Origin: Ginglymostoma cirratum
Lineage: Eukaryota
Direction of reading: 5' to 3'
Length of the DNA stretch: 64,000 nucleotides
NCBI GenBank assembly: GCA_024137785.1
Contig: JAHRHZ010000084.1
Location: 6,845,573 to 6,909,572, forward strand
A model generated the notes under the pieces. The model had not been told where the DNA came from and searched no databases. It saw nothing but the letters and a program-made list of their open reading frames with translations. The position numbers were made by a program, and so were the translations under genes. This document shows positions 1-13,678 of this stretch, one piece after another. Numbering within the stretch: position 1 is the first letter of the stretch; every line of letters begins with the position of its first letter.

Positions 1-99
1 GAAACGTTAACTTTGTTTTCTCCTTCACAGACGCTGCCAGACTTGCTGAGATTTTCCAGCAACTTCTTTTTTATTCCTGATTTACAGCATTCGCAGTTA

Positions 100-1730
100 T
101 TTTGGTTTTTAAAGCGTTTTAAGATGTTCTCTGTAATATGGACATTTTTCAAGATGTCATTACTTATTTGCCCACATTCTCTATCTTCCCCACCCTTCTC
201 CACAGTGAACACTGATGTAGAACATTTGTTTAGATCTCCCCCTTCTCCTGTGGTTCCACATATAAGTGGCCTTGCTGATTTTTAAGCGGCCTTATTTTCT
301 CCCTAGTTACCCTTTTGTCCTTAATATATTTGTAGAAATCTCTGAATGCTCCTAAACCCTGTTTGCCAAAACTATCTCATGTCCCCTTTTTGCCCTCCTG
401 ATTTCCATCTTAAGTGTACTCCTACTGCCTTTGTACTTTTCCAGGGATTCACTTGAACTTGCTGTCTGTACCTTCCTTTTCATTCTTAACCAAAACCTCA
501 AATTCTCTAGTCATCCAGCATTTGTACAGCTACCAGTCTTGCCCTTCACCCTAATAGGAACATACTGTCTCTGGACTCCAGTCATGACATTTTTGAGGGC
601 TGCCCATTTTCCAGTTGTTCCTTTACCTACGAGCATCCATCCTCAGTCAACTTTTGAAAGTGCTTGCCTAAACTCATCACAATTGGCCTTCCTCCAATTT
701 AGAAACTCAACTTTTAGATCCAGTCTATCCTTTTCCATCACTATTTTAAAATTAATAGAATTATGGTCACTGGCACCAAAATGCTCGCCAAGACACCTGC
801 CCAGTCTTATTTCCCAACAGTAGATCAAGTCTTGCACCTTCTCTAACAGGTACATCCAAATACTGCATAAGAAAATGTTCTTGCACACACTTAATAAATT
901 CCTCGCCATACAAACCTTTAACACTGTGGCAGTCCCAGTCTATGCTTGGAATTTTAAAATCCCCTATTATCGCCCTATTAATTTACAAATAACTGAAATC
1001 TCCTTACAAATTAGTTTCTCAATTTTCCAATGACTATTGGGGTGGGGATTGGGGTTTATAGAATAATCCCAATAAGATGAGCATCCTTTTTTTGTTTCTC
1101 AGTTCTACCCAATAAACTTCACTGGAAGTATTCACCGGAATATCCTCCCGATGTACAGACACAATTTTATGCTTAATCAAAAACTTTGCTCCCCTCCTCT
1201 CTTGCACCCCCTTTCTATCCTTCCTATAGCAGCTATACCCTGGAACATTAAACTGCTAGACCTATCCACGCCTGAGCCACATCTCTGTAATTACTATGAT
1301 ATCCCAATCCCTTGTTCCCCTGAATTCTTCTGCCTTACATGTTAGGGCTCTCGTGTTTGAAATAAATGCACATTCATTTTCCGGTCCTGCCTTGTTCCCT
1401 GCTTCTTTTTCCTGCCTTCCCTGATTATTTGACTTCTTTTCCCAACTGTACCATTCTGAGACTGATCTCTTTCCATACCATCTCTCCGGGTTCCACGCGC
1501 ACCTACAACCCCCAACAACCTTGCTAGTTTAAATCCTCCCGAACAGCGCTAGCAAATCTCCCCCCCACCCCGGGATCTTCATCCCCTTCCAATTCAGGTG
1601 CAATCCGTCCTTCTTATACAGGTCACTTCCATCCCAGAAGAGATTCCAATGATCCAAAAATGTGAATCCTTCTCCCCTGCACCAGCTCCTCAGCCATGCA
1701 TTCGTCTACTCGATCCTCCAATTTCTACCC
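100..1730 (-). mobile_element. Decayed CR1-type LINE fragment (endonuclease/linker region)
   Basis: Minus ORF 643-924 reads ASDHNSINFKIVMEKD...LNWRKAN, typical of CR1 ORF2; many stops. Confidence 0.75.
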
Positions 1731-3429
1731 TTACTGTTATCAAAATAGTTTCCCAGTCACAGATGTTAAACACCAAGGCTTGTAGTTTCTGTGTTTATCT
1801 CTGCCTTTTTTTTAGTGAAAAAAGATACCACATTAGCTATACTCCAATCTTCTGGCATCCCCGTTGTGGCCAGAGAGAATTTAAACATGAATGGCAGAGA
1901 CCCCACAATTTACTCTCTGGCCTCCCACAAAAGCCTTGGACACTTCTCACAGGGAACTAAGGATTCATCTACTTTCAATAAGGTTAGAACTGTTAATACC
2001 TCCTCCCTTTCAACTGTAATTCGTTTAAATATATGACACTATGCCTTCCTGACCCACATCCTCTGTCTCTTGTGTGATTACATATGCTGAGTACTCATTA
2101 AAAACCTCAGCTGTGTCCTCAGGCTCCACGCATACATTGCCATTTTCGTCGCTACTTTTCCCTTTGCTTGTTCTCTATTTTTTGTTGAAAGTTAATAAAT
2201 TGGTCTGGGGTGTGGGCGTTTGGTTTTATTTTTTAACCTGGTCATTGGCTCTCTTCTAAGGTCGAAATCAATGACCAATGAACTTATTGCTGGCCTTCCT
2301 CGTTTTAACAATTTTCCAGTTTCTAAAGATATTTTCCCGAAGTTAAATATTTGGATATGGAAAGTTAACTCTGCCTCCTCATTCGTACACAACAAACCAT
2401 TCCAGAATCGAACTTTCACACTGAGGACATCAGCAGATTCACCTTGGATCCAGGCTCTGGTCAATGCAGCACTCTTGTCAAATCAAACGTACCAGATTCC
2501 ACCAACTGTCTGACAAAGTTGTCCAAAGCACATCCGTACTTCAATTAATCAAAGCTATTTGATATTAGAGATACACTGAATCAACCAGGCATGAAGTTTG
2601 AAATGTTACAGAAAATATATTTATTTACAAGCCGGCTGAGTTGAAATGTTGCAGGAGTTTGCATTGTAGTTTATATCATATGTTCAATGTCCCATTGAGC
2701 ATTGATCAAGTTAAATGAATTGGACTGTATTTCGGAGCAACATTCATCCAAATTTCTGCAATTACTGTGGAAAATAGTTGGTGAATATGCTGGAGAATCA
2801 GGAAGTTGGCTACTTACAGCATTTTTCCATGGTTTCACAGGGTTACCACATATAATTTTACTGACTTTTTAACCTTTGTAAAGTTAATGCACATGGGGTA
2901 GTATGTATCTACAATCGTTTCTTCAACTGAGTTATATGATCAGGAATACAGTACAACATTCAGCCTATGTATTCTGATTCATCATTTTGTTCCATTATGG
3001 CTGTTTTCGCCCCCACACCATTCATCTGTATGGCTCCCGATTCATGAATAATATCAATGACCACAAATCAATTTTCACAATCTTAAAAGGTCACACCTTC
3101 TGCATTTTGGAGAGCAGGTTCTAGATTCCAATGAATTTTTATGTGAAAAAGAAATGTTTCCTCTTTTCACTTACGAATTTGAACATATTACAAATTTGAG
3201 CTTAGATTTTGAACATATTCTCCCGTTTTGGATTTGAAAGAACCTCAGCCCGTCTGGCAGTGGATAGAGAAGCCATGTCAATGTAATGAGTCCAGTAGGA
3301 ACTCTTCATCGGAATTGAAGGGGGCTGTAGAATTGCTTTTATGTTGCTGACCTAAGAGAGTTAGTGTAGATGGGAGCAGTAGGAAAGAACAGTGTACGCA
3401 TTGTGAGGGTGCCCAGAGTGAAAAAATAC

Positions 3430-5150
3430 AAACCACAAGGCCATAACACATTGGAGCAGAAGTCGGACTTTCAGTTCATCAGGTCTGCTCCACCTTCAGT
3501 GAGGTAATGACTGATCTAATAATCTCATTTTCTGCTTTTTCACCATAACTCTTGATTCCATTAACTATTTAAAACTCTATCTCAGACTTGACTTTCATTA
3601 AAAACTCAGTTTTAAAGGTTTGTGTGGGAAAGAATTCCACAGATTTACGACCCTCTGAGAGAAGAAGTTCTTTGCATCTTTGTCTTAAATGTGCAATCCG
3701 TGATTCTGAGATTATGTCCTCTATCTGACACTTTCCCACGAGGGGATGCAATCTTTCAGCATCTAACCTGTCAGGTCCCATAAGAATCTTTTATCTTTCA
3801 ATAAGATTGCTTCTCACTCTAAATTCCACTGATTAAATGCTCAACTTAAACAGCTTGTCTTCATCAGACACTCCCTCCATATCTGCTGTCATCAGAGTGA
3901 ACGTTTCCTGGTGGGCCTCCAATACCAATATATCTTTCCTCAGAATACAGAAATAAAGTTGTCCACAGTTTTCCAGCTACGGGCTGATTAGTGCGTTGTA
4001 CACTCTTAGCAAGATCTCCATACGTGGATACCACAATCCCTTTGAAATAAAGGGCAGCATTCTATTTGCCTTCCATATTAACTGTTGAGCTTGGATTCTG
4101 GCTATTTGTGATTCATGGACAAGGACTCAAAAATCTTTCTGTTCCATAGCTTTCTTCAGTCTTTATTCATTTAAGTGGTATTCAGGTCCTCTATTTTTCC
4201 TGGCAAAATGTACTCCTTCACATTTTTATCAAATGATAACATAACTTTTTATATTTCTCTGCAAACCCTCTGTCACCCTCATCACTTGATATCCCAACTT
4301 TTTTTTTGTACCATCTGCAATCCTGACTATAGAACATGCACTTTCCTCATTCAAGTCATCAATACATATTGTAAATAGTTGTGCCCACAACACTGAACCC
4401 CATCATGCTGCATTAGAGTCATAGAGTCATTGAGATGTAACGCATGGAAACAGACATTTCAGATCAAATTGACCATGCCCACAAGACCTGTCTAAATGAA
4501 TCTAGTCCCATTTGCCAGGATGTGGCCCATATGCCTCTAAACTATTCCTACTGATGGGCTCATCCAGATGCCCTTTAAGTGTTGTAATTGTACCAGCATG
4601 CCCCACTTCTTCAAGCAGCTTGTCCCATCCAAACACCACCCTCTGCGTGAAAAGGTTATGCCTTAGGCCCCTTTTAATTCTATCCCGTCTCATCTTAAAC
4701 ATATGCCAGCTAGTTTTGGACTCCTACACCCTGGGAAAACGACATTGGCTCTTCAGACTATCCACGGCCCTCATGATTTTATAAACCCCTATAATGTGAG
4801 CCATCAGCCTCCGATGCTCCAGGGAAAATAACACCAACCAAGCCCACCTCTCCCTACAGCTCAAACGCTCCAAACCTGGCAATATCCTTGTCAATCTTTT
4901 CTGAATCCTTTCATGTTAGACAACGTTTTTCCCATAGCTGGGAGACCAGAAGTGAACGCAGTAAGTAGCCGCACTCATGATTTATAATCCTGCAACATGA
5001 CTGCTCAAATCTGATACACAGTGCAATTACCAATAAAGACAAGCGTGCCAAGCACCTTCTTTGCTATACTGTCGACTTGCGACTCTACTTTCAAAGAACT
5101 GTGAACCTGCACTCCAAGATCTCTTTGTTTGACAAAGATGTCCAGGACCT
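3430..5150 (-). mobile_element. Adjacent CR1 LINE 3-prime fragments
   Basis: Minus ORF RHNLFTQRVVFGWDKLLEEV matches the CR1 ORF2 C-terminus FFTQRVVxxWNxLP; short tandem CATAGAGT tail repeats near 4415-4430. Confidence 0.75.
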
Positions 5151-7164
5151 TGGAATTAAGCGCAGTTGCAGGTCATATCCTGAACTGTGGAGAGAGACCT
5201 CGGTAAAACATGAGGTTAGTAAGCATCACAAAAATAACAGCTTGATGTTCTGTGGGGTCAGATAAAACAATGTGCCAGAAACTAAGTGCTGAACGTGTAA
5301 CAAGTAGAAGAGAACAGCACCATCCTTACCAGCAAATCTGGTAGCAGATTCAAGGTTAGAACTGCGATAATTGGAGTGCAACAAATTTTGAGGGATACAG
5401 GTTTTTGTCTGTAACGGGAGCTGGGCAAGTAAGGCATTCAATGTGAAATTGACCATTCTCAAGCTGAAAGACCGAGGGAGGGTTCCAGTAGAGGGGAGTG
5501 CTTGGAAATGCATAAAAGAGTCCATGGAGTAGCATGGGATTCCTGCCCCAGAGTTCGACATCATGTTCGTCCTGAAATTCATTGAGGTGGGTTCAAAAAG
5601 GCAGAGATTAAATTCTTTGCTGAGTATTGATTGTCGGCATCTGAGTTTATAAAGAAAAGTCACCATGGTCTTACTAGACCATAGGGCTGCCCTCCAAATT
5701 GCAGAGAGATGACTGGTGGTGGTTTCAACTTGAGAGTTACCTTGATTCAGGCCACCGGAGAGTTTCAGATGGAAAATCCTTTATGGCCAACGCACAAAGT
5801 AAACCCATACCTTTCGTGTCACGCTGCATTGCAAACCAGCCATTCAAGGTAACTGACCATCGTTGGAATAGTGAACACTCAGACAGTATCGTGAATCCAG
5901 GACAAATTGTGAAATTAGAAGAAGGGATAAAGTCAGTGAATAAGAAGGGAGGAAGAATCCAGAAGGGCGCCAGCATCCGTGAATTTTTGAAGCTTGTGTT
6001 CCTTAACAACTGAAAGGAAGAAAAAGTGATTGTTCTTAAAGCTGTGCATGAAAAAATGAATAAAATGGAACTGGAGCCTGAGACAGTGTGAAGTGGTGCT
6101 GACGGAGAAAGAGGTATAAAACTGTGCATGTGGTGGCACGTGGCACTGGGTATGGACGTGAGATGAGGTGGGATCAGTTGAGTATTATTGCTGACCACTT
6201 TTCTAGTGGTGCCCCTGCATCTAGGAAGGAATAAAATACTATGGTAATTCACCCTTCCTCCCCGTCATGTCCACCCTCACATGCATGTGCAGTCCAGGAA
6301 GCAAGACATTTAAACCAAGCCCCCAACCACTCTTCGGACAAACAGCCTTTCCAGTGTATCCTGGCCAGCCGTTTTTTTCCACAATTTATTCATTCGACCC
6401 CCTCTACTTCGACATGTTATTGGCTCGCATCATCTGCTTTGGTTAACATCAATCAAAATAGTGATGACATTCTCTAATTTTGCATTTGGCCTCTCAATAT
6501 AATTCGCAGCTTTGTACCAATGGCTACCACGAAACGTTTTGCCACCTGTTTACTATTTTAAGGTTGTAGAAGACATTTCAGCTCTATTTTATTACAACAG
6601 CTATTCAATTCTTAACCTCTCTTTGCCGCTACTATTTTGGTCTTCAATTTCATTGTTAGTTTACTGTGCTTGGTCTGCTCTGTGTATGTAGGTATTTATG
6701 GCTGTGTGCATTTGAATATTTTTAGGCTTGTACCCTCATGCGAATGTGCGTATGACTGTTTATGAACACCTATATATATATGTATGTATATATGCGCACT
6801 TGCGCCATTGAGTCCTGCAATTCCTATTCAGACAGCATCTCCTTGTTGGTTTACTACATTGGCTTCTGATCTAGCTTCTGATCTTTATTTTAAAATTCTC
6901 GTCTCTGGTTTTTAAATCCTTTTAACACCTTGTTCTTGCTTTAATTCTGATCTCATATTCATGTCTAATTTTCATCATTTGTGGAAATACCCTGGGGTGC
7001 AAAAATTCAAAAGCTCGGTAATTCAATCCAAAGAAACCTCTGCCTGTGTATCCTTTTAAACGTGATATTTCATTAAGCACCAGAATCTGATGTTACTCAG
7101 CTGTAAAATAATTGATAACGTTCTATGTGAAGCGCCTGTTGAACTTTTTTACATTATTAGTAGG

Positions 7165-7500
7165 ATGAGGGTATCACTGGCTAGGCAGCATTTATTACCC
7201 TTCTTAATTAACCAGAGGGCAGTTCAGAGTCAACCATATTGCTGTGAGTCTGGAGTCACAAGTAGGCCAGATCATGTAAAGATAGCAGTTTCTTTCCTTA
7301 AAGGACATTAGTAAACCAGATGGGTTTTTTTTTCCAACAATCCGAAATAGATTCATAGACATAATTAGATTCTTAATTCCAGATATTTTATTGATTTAAA
7401 AGTCCACCATCTGTCGTAAGGATGCAAACGCGGGACCTCAGAACATTTTCCTGGATCTCTAGATTAACAGTCGAGCGATAATACCACAAGGCCATTACTT
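7165..7500 (-). mobile_element. SINE with L2/CR1-type 3-prime tail, present only in duplication copy 1
   Basis: CAGCATTTATTACCC tail motif is shared with 9750 and other copies. Absent at the homologous position near 51930. Confidence 0.6.
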
Positions 7501-9709
7501 CCCTTGTACACCAACTAATTGTTTTACTGTTACATGCGTGAGTGTGGGCCTGTATAGCCGTCTTTGTTTAATTTTGATTTTCTCGCCTCAATTCGCCCTT
7601 TTACTTTTAAATTCTTCTCATTTGTCATTTATTCCATACTTATTCAAAGTTTTGGCCGCAGAGAGACCTATTTTTGGCATTTTTTCTATTACATTATTGT
7701 TGACGCTCAAGTGTGAATTCTTGCAACTTATCTACTAAAACAGATTACAATAGATTCCAAATTCTAGCTCGTTTTTAGTTTCATTTAGTTAATCATTGCA
7801 GTCATTTGGAGAACAGAACTTCATTACAGCTAATAACATGATGGAAACACTTGCGGTTAGACGTTGCGTGCATCTCAGCATGGTGCGAGTTAACACTGCG
7901 CTCATTTTACTTTGACGCTTGGTCGAAGTACAATTTAAGAAATGTATTTATAATTTCGCAACCAAACAGTTCTACAATCGCTCTGCAATGTCCATGTTTA
8001 GCAATTCCTAAGCGCGTTGATTCTGAAAGGCAGTACGCGATGTCAACTCAATCATCATTGTTATTCCGAGTTTGCCCTCAGTTCAACACCCGCTGCTCCT
8101 TCATTTGGGGTGTTTACATCGTAGGTCTTGTCAGTGGCGTTTCACGTCGCCTTACTCGTCCATTTATAGGGTCAGAAATCCGGTTCCAAGTCTACTTAAG
8201 GCAGAGTGCAAATCCAGCTATGTGATTTACCTACTATCAACGTTAAACATAATTCACTTTAGAGAAAAGTATTTTCTTTTAACTTGAGAATATTTAACAG
8301 AGAATCATTTACGTTTTTCCTTCGAGTCAATCACTGAACAGTTGACTACATCCAGAAAGCTTAATCTGTCTTTATTAAGTTACATCAAGCCTGGAAAAAA
8401 AGGAGGGAAAATGACAGTTATATCCAGTTATTATGGAGGATAAAACTGTGGCTCAACAATTTCTTGGGGTAATGAATTGTCGAATATTGTAGTTTGCGCA
8501 TTCCAAAGGAATGCTCCTGTTGTGGTAGAAGATAACATAATGCAATTCACCATTGATTTTCTGCAGCGCATTTTGCGGCCACTTGAGCTACCAAAGTAGC
8601 TCAAATAACTTGACATATTTGATACGTCTACATTTGTCATGTTGTCACTATCATGCTGGAAATATGGTGCCCACACTGCACATAAAAAAGCCCCACAAAA
8701 GGAAACATTATAGCGAGCAGTAAAATACTTCGGTGAAGTTGTTTGAGGGATGAATATTAGCCAGGACACAATCAATACGATGAGTGACTGTACTAAACAA
8801 CTTTTATTCACGTCATTTTGAATTTCACAAGAGGATATCGTTACAGTATATCATGTATAAGTACATCATTACTCGACTAGTAAGCAACACACAAGGAACA
8901 TGACACAGTGTTTATTAGGTTCTTGCCTCCCATCTTTGTTTAAACAGTTATTTCCTGCAGAAGGGAAAGAGATGACCATTAGTTATTAATGTACCCAAGC
9001 ATCCTGGTGGTTGTCAAAGAGCTGAGGCTGCTGTGGCAAGAGTAATGGTGTTAGGTCGCCTGGGTATTGAGAATCATATGGAGAACTCTCACTCAATGTT
9101 CTGAATTCCACTAAAATCCCGGCTCTGGATTTACATTGGGAAATGGGAGCATTGGGAAGAAACCAGTTACAGCTCATTGCTATTGTCTTGCTGCTACCGC
9201 TTCATAATGTTGCATTTTATGCGCATTGAGTTCTGTAAGAGTTCTCGAGAATTGTTAAATTCTAATTAATTTTATACATGTCAGCGATATCATATTGGTG
9301 AAATAAATATATTTTATTTTATTTAGCACTTCATTGACTCTCTTTTGAACGATCTGTTCGTGCCAGAGGGAGAAGTGGAAACAGATATGTTCATTGCAAA
9401 ATCTTATTACCAGCAGCAGATAAACGAAATGACTTGCATAGACATGCAACTCTCTGAAAAGGCTTCACCACCATGAAGTACTTTTGAAGTTTTGGCAACT
9501 GCTGACGTCTGAAGAAATATGAAAGACAAGTAACAATCTGATGAGTGACGTGGACAACAATTAGATAATCTGGAAATACCATCTATGACATATTTTGGCC
9601 ATAGCTCCAGAAGAGCTCATTAAGGCATGTGAATAATACCTATTATACGAGAGCCTGAAAGGCATAATTCAGAGAAAGTACATTTATGAACATGAGACCT
9701 TTTTTTTTA

Positions 9710-12550
9710 AATATCATTGGGAAGTGGGGCTTGGGCGTAACTGGCTGGCCAGCATTTATTGCCCATTCATAGCTGCCCTTGAGAAGGTGGTGGCGAACTG
9801 CCATTTTTAATTGCTGCAGTCCACGTGAGAGGGTGATCATCAACGCCCGTATTAAGGGAATTTCCAAGTCAAGGTGGTGAGACGCTTGGAGAGAAACTTG
9901 AACGTGTTCCCATGTATCTGCTGCCTCTCTCCTTCCAGATGGCAGTGGTCCAGGGTTTGGAATGTACTTTCAAAGGATCTTTGGTGCACTTCTGCAGGGC
10001 ATCTTTCAGAAGGTAGACACAGTTGCGACTGAGCACTGTTGCAATGAAAGGAGTAGATGCTTGTCGATGTGATGCAAATCAAGTGGGCGAAGTTGTCATT
10101 GGGTGATATCAAAATTCTTCAGAGTTGTTTGAGATACAGCTATCCAGGCAACGTGAGGAGTATTCCATCATTCACCTGATTTGTGCCTTGTAGATGGTGG
10201 GCAGAATCTGGGGAGTCAGGAGGTGAGTTAAGCACCGCAGTATTCCTAGCCTCGAACCAGCTTTTGTATTCGTTATGTTTATGTGGCAAGTACAGCTGAG
10301 TATCTGGTTAATGATAAACCCAGGGTGTTGATTGTGGAGATTCAGTGATGGTAGCACCATTGAATGTCAAGGGCAGTGGTTAGATTATCTTTTATTTGAG
10401 GTGATCATTGCTGGTGTTTGTGTGATACGAATGTTACCTGCTATCTATCATCCCAAGCCTGAATATTGTCCAGATCTTGTTGCATTTGAACATGGGTTGC
10501 TTCAGTAGCCGATGAGTCATAAATGCTGCTGAACTTATACAAACATTGCAGAATATCCCCACTTCAGACCTTATGATGGAATAAAGGTCATTGATGAAAG
10601 AGCTGAAGATGGTTGGATTTGTACACCACCTTGAAGAACTCCTGCAGAGATGTTTTGGAACTGAGATAACTGCCCTCCAACAACCACAACTATCTTCAAT
10701 AATGCCACTTATGACTACAACCAGTGGAGATTTTGCTCCCTGTTGTCCATCAATTCCAATTTTTCTCGGACATGTTGATGCTACATTCAGCCCAATGTGG
10801 CTTTGATGTCACGGGCTGTCACTCTCAAGTCCCTTCTCCAATGCAAGATAACAAGGTGTAGAGCTGAATGAACACAGCAGGCCAAGCAGCATCATAGGAG
10901 TACGAAGGCTGATGTTTCGGGCCTAGACCCTTGAAGGGTTGAGGCCCGAAACGTCAGCTTTCCTGCTCCTATGATGCTGCTTGGCCTGCTGTGTTCATCC
11001 AGCTCTACACCTTGTTATCTCGGATTCTTCAGCATCTGCATTTCCTATTATCCCTTCTCCAATACAGCTCGTTTGTCCATGTTTGGAACAAGGCTGTAAT
11101 GAGGCCAGGAACTGTGTGGCCCTGGCTAAACCCTTAGTGGGCCCCAGTCAGCAGGTTTTTATGAGCAGATAATACTGGCTAGCACTGTCGATAACAACTT
11201 CCATTACTTTAATTATGATTGAGAGTCAACTGTTTGGGCAATAATTGGCTGGGTGGATTTATCCTGCTTTTTGAGTACAGGGCATGTCTGGGCTATGTTC
11301 CACATTATCGGATTGATGCCACGATTGTCGATATACTGGAAGATCTTGGCTAGGGGCGCAGCAATTTGTAGAGCGCACGTCTTCAGTATTATAGCTGGAA
11401 GGTTGGCGAGGCTCATAAGCTTTGCGGTATCTAGTGGCTCCAGCATTTTTCTTGTTATCATGTAAAGTGAATCGAATTCACTAAAGACAAGTGTCTGTGA
11501 TGTTGGGGACCATAGCAGGAAACTAAGATGGATCATCCACTCAGGAATTTTGGCTGAAGTTTCCTGTGAATGATTCAGTTTTACCTTTATCACTGGTGTG
11601 TTCGGCTCTTCCAGTATTAATGATGGGGATATATGTGAAGCTTCCTCTTTGTACAGTGAATTATGTAATTGTCCGTCACAAGTTATGCCAGGATGTGGCA
11701 GGATTGTGAAGCTTCAATCTGATCTGTTGGTTTTAGGATTACCTAGCTCTGTCTATCATTTGCTGCTCCTGCTATTTGGCATGCAAGTATTACTGTTTTA
11801 TAGCTTCACTAGGTTGATGCCTCAATTTTAGGTATGGCTGGTGTTACTCATGGTGCGCCCTCCTGCACTGTCCATTCAACAGTGTCAATCCTGTAGCTTA
11901 ATGTTAATAACTGAGTATGAGAATATGCCAGGCCATCGAGTTATAGATTGTGCCGCAGTACAGTTCTGCTGTTATTGACGCCCCAAAGCGCCTCATTGAT
12001 GCCCAGGCTTACGTTGCATGATCTGTTCCATTTAGCACAGTGACAGACTCACACAACAAGATGGAGGGTATTCTCAATGTGTAGACGGGCAATGTTTCCG
12101 CAAGGAGTGTGCAGTGGTCACTCGTACCAACACTGTCATGGACAGATGCATCTGCTGCTAGCAGATTGGTAAGGACGAGGTCAAGTATTATTATCTCCCC
12201 TCTTTTTGGTTCCTCAACTAGCTGCCACAACTCTAGACTAGAAGTTATATCCTTTCCGGTCCGGCCAGCTCGAACAGTAGTGCTTCTGCAGAGCCACTCT
12301 TGGTGGTCAGCATTGAAATCAACCACCTGGTGTACATTTCGAGCCCTTGCCACCCTCAGTTCTTCTTCCAAGCATTGTGCAATATGGAGGAGCACTGATT
12401 CATTAGTCCAGAGAGGATGGCATGTGATAAACAGCAGGAGGTTCTTGTCCACGTTTAACCTGAAGTGATGATACTTCATGGGGCCCAGAGTCAAAGTTGA
12501 GGACTGCCAGGTCAAGTCCACTCCGACTGCACACGACAGCGCCGCCAACT
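9710..12550 (-). mobile_element. Decayed L2/CR1-clade LINE (APE endonuclease and RT remnants)
   Basis: Minus ORFs: VVDFNADHQEWL...ILDLVLTN...GTSDH (APE) and PAIILKTCA..IAAPLAKIFQ..WNIAQTCPVLKK (RT N-terminus). Tail near 9750-9800. Confidence 0.8.
10846..11050. mobile_element. Palindromic short element derived from a Penelope-like terminal repeat, nested in the LINE
   Basis: AGATAACAAGGTGTAGAGCTG...CAGCTCTACACCTTGTTATCT inverted arms of about 85 bp. The same arm heads the element at 29870. Confidence 0.8.
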
Positions 12551-12947
12551 CTGCTGAATCTATCCTGCCAAAGTATTTTTTAATTGTAGTCGCAATCGTC
12601 ATCAGCTGTTGACAACCTGCGTACGATAGAGACCTACAATTAATACAGATAATTTCCCGTTTTTTTTAGCAGTATTGGCTAAGTTCAGAAAGCGAAAAAA
12701 AAACCCTTCCTCCTATTCCTTCAAGTGATGGGTGAAATTTTTTAAACATGATTTTCTTATAGAATCATTATTCTGTACAAAGCAGATGCTGTTTAACATC
12801 ACTCAACCTTTAATCTTGAGATCTTTAATAGCGAAAATGCTATTCAACTCTCGAAAACAAAAAAGGCGAATATTTTATTCTGAACTCGATAATTCTAGGA
12901 AACACAACTGAAGTGAATGTGGTAATATTTGTAAGCACGATTCCCTG

Positions 12948-13678
12948 ACATGTCAAGTGCAAGATGCAAGATTCTATATCTGTTATGACTTCATTAAATG
13001 GAGAAAAACCTGGGAGTGTTATGCAGAGAAGTCTTATTCCTGTGTGACGAAGCATAACCAAATTCAATTCTCCACTTGACCTTCACACTGACCTCTCTGT
13101 GCTCGGTGCGTCGTTGTGTTCCAGTAATGCTCATTGATCGCTGCACGAAGAGCATCTTGTTGTCCGATTAGGGACTTTATAGTCTTACGGACTAAACACT
13201 GAGTTTATCAGTTTTTGAAAGCAGTCTTGCGTTTTGTTGCTCATATTACAGCAGTGTGCCTGTTCAAGGGCACGAGTTCTGTTTCATTTTTTCTTTTCGC
13301 GCATTGCCATTCTATTTGGCTACGTCCGAGTAACTCTCCAAATGTCCATCACTTCTGTGTTCCCCCTTTCAGAGGCCTCCTTTTGCACGATTTTTTAACT
13401 CTCTGTCTGAACGTGTTACGCTTTTGAACTTTACAAATTTCTAATGGAAAATTGCTGTCCTTGGAAATTTACTCGGATTCTTCTTCCACCTGTGCTGCCT
13501 GATCTTCTGAGGGTTTGCACCTCCTGGTACATTGCACGCAGCTGGAAAATGGCACTTGATCACATGTCAAGTGCAAGATGCAAGATTCTAGATCTGTTAT
13601 GACTTCATTAAATGGAGAAAAACCTGGGAGTGTTACGCAGAGAAGTCTTATTCCTGTGTGACGAAGCATAACCAAATT
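12948..13678 (+). repeat. 117-bp direct repeat (12948-13064 and 13562-13678)
   Basis: Two near-identical copies (2 mismatches seen); the duplicated ORF text MLRHTGIRLLC reflects this. Confidence 0.9.

Noticed and set aside
8431-8811. 126-aa minus ORF with a hydrophobic N-terminus
   Set aside because: The frame is not preserved in the paralogous region (about 52870-53250) and no domain motif is present.
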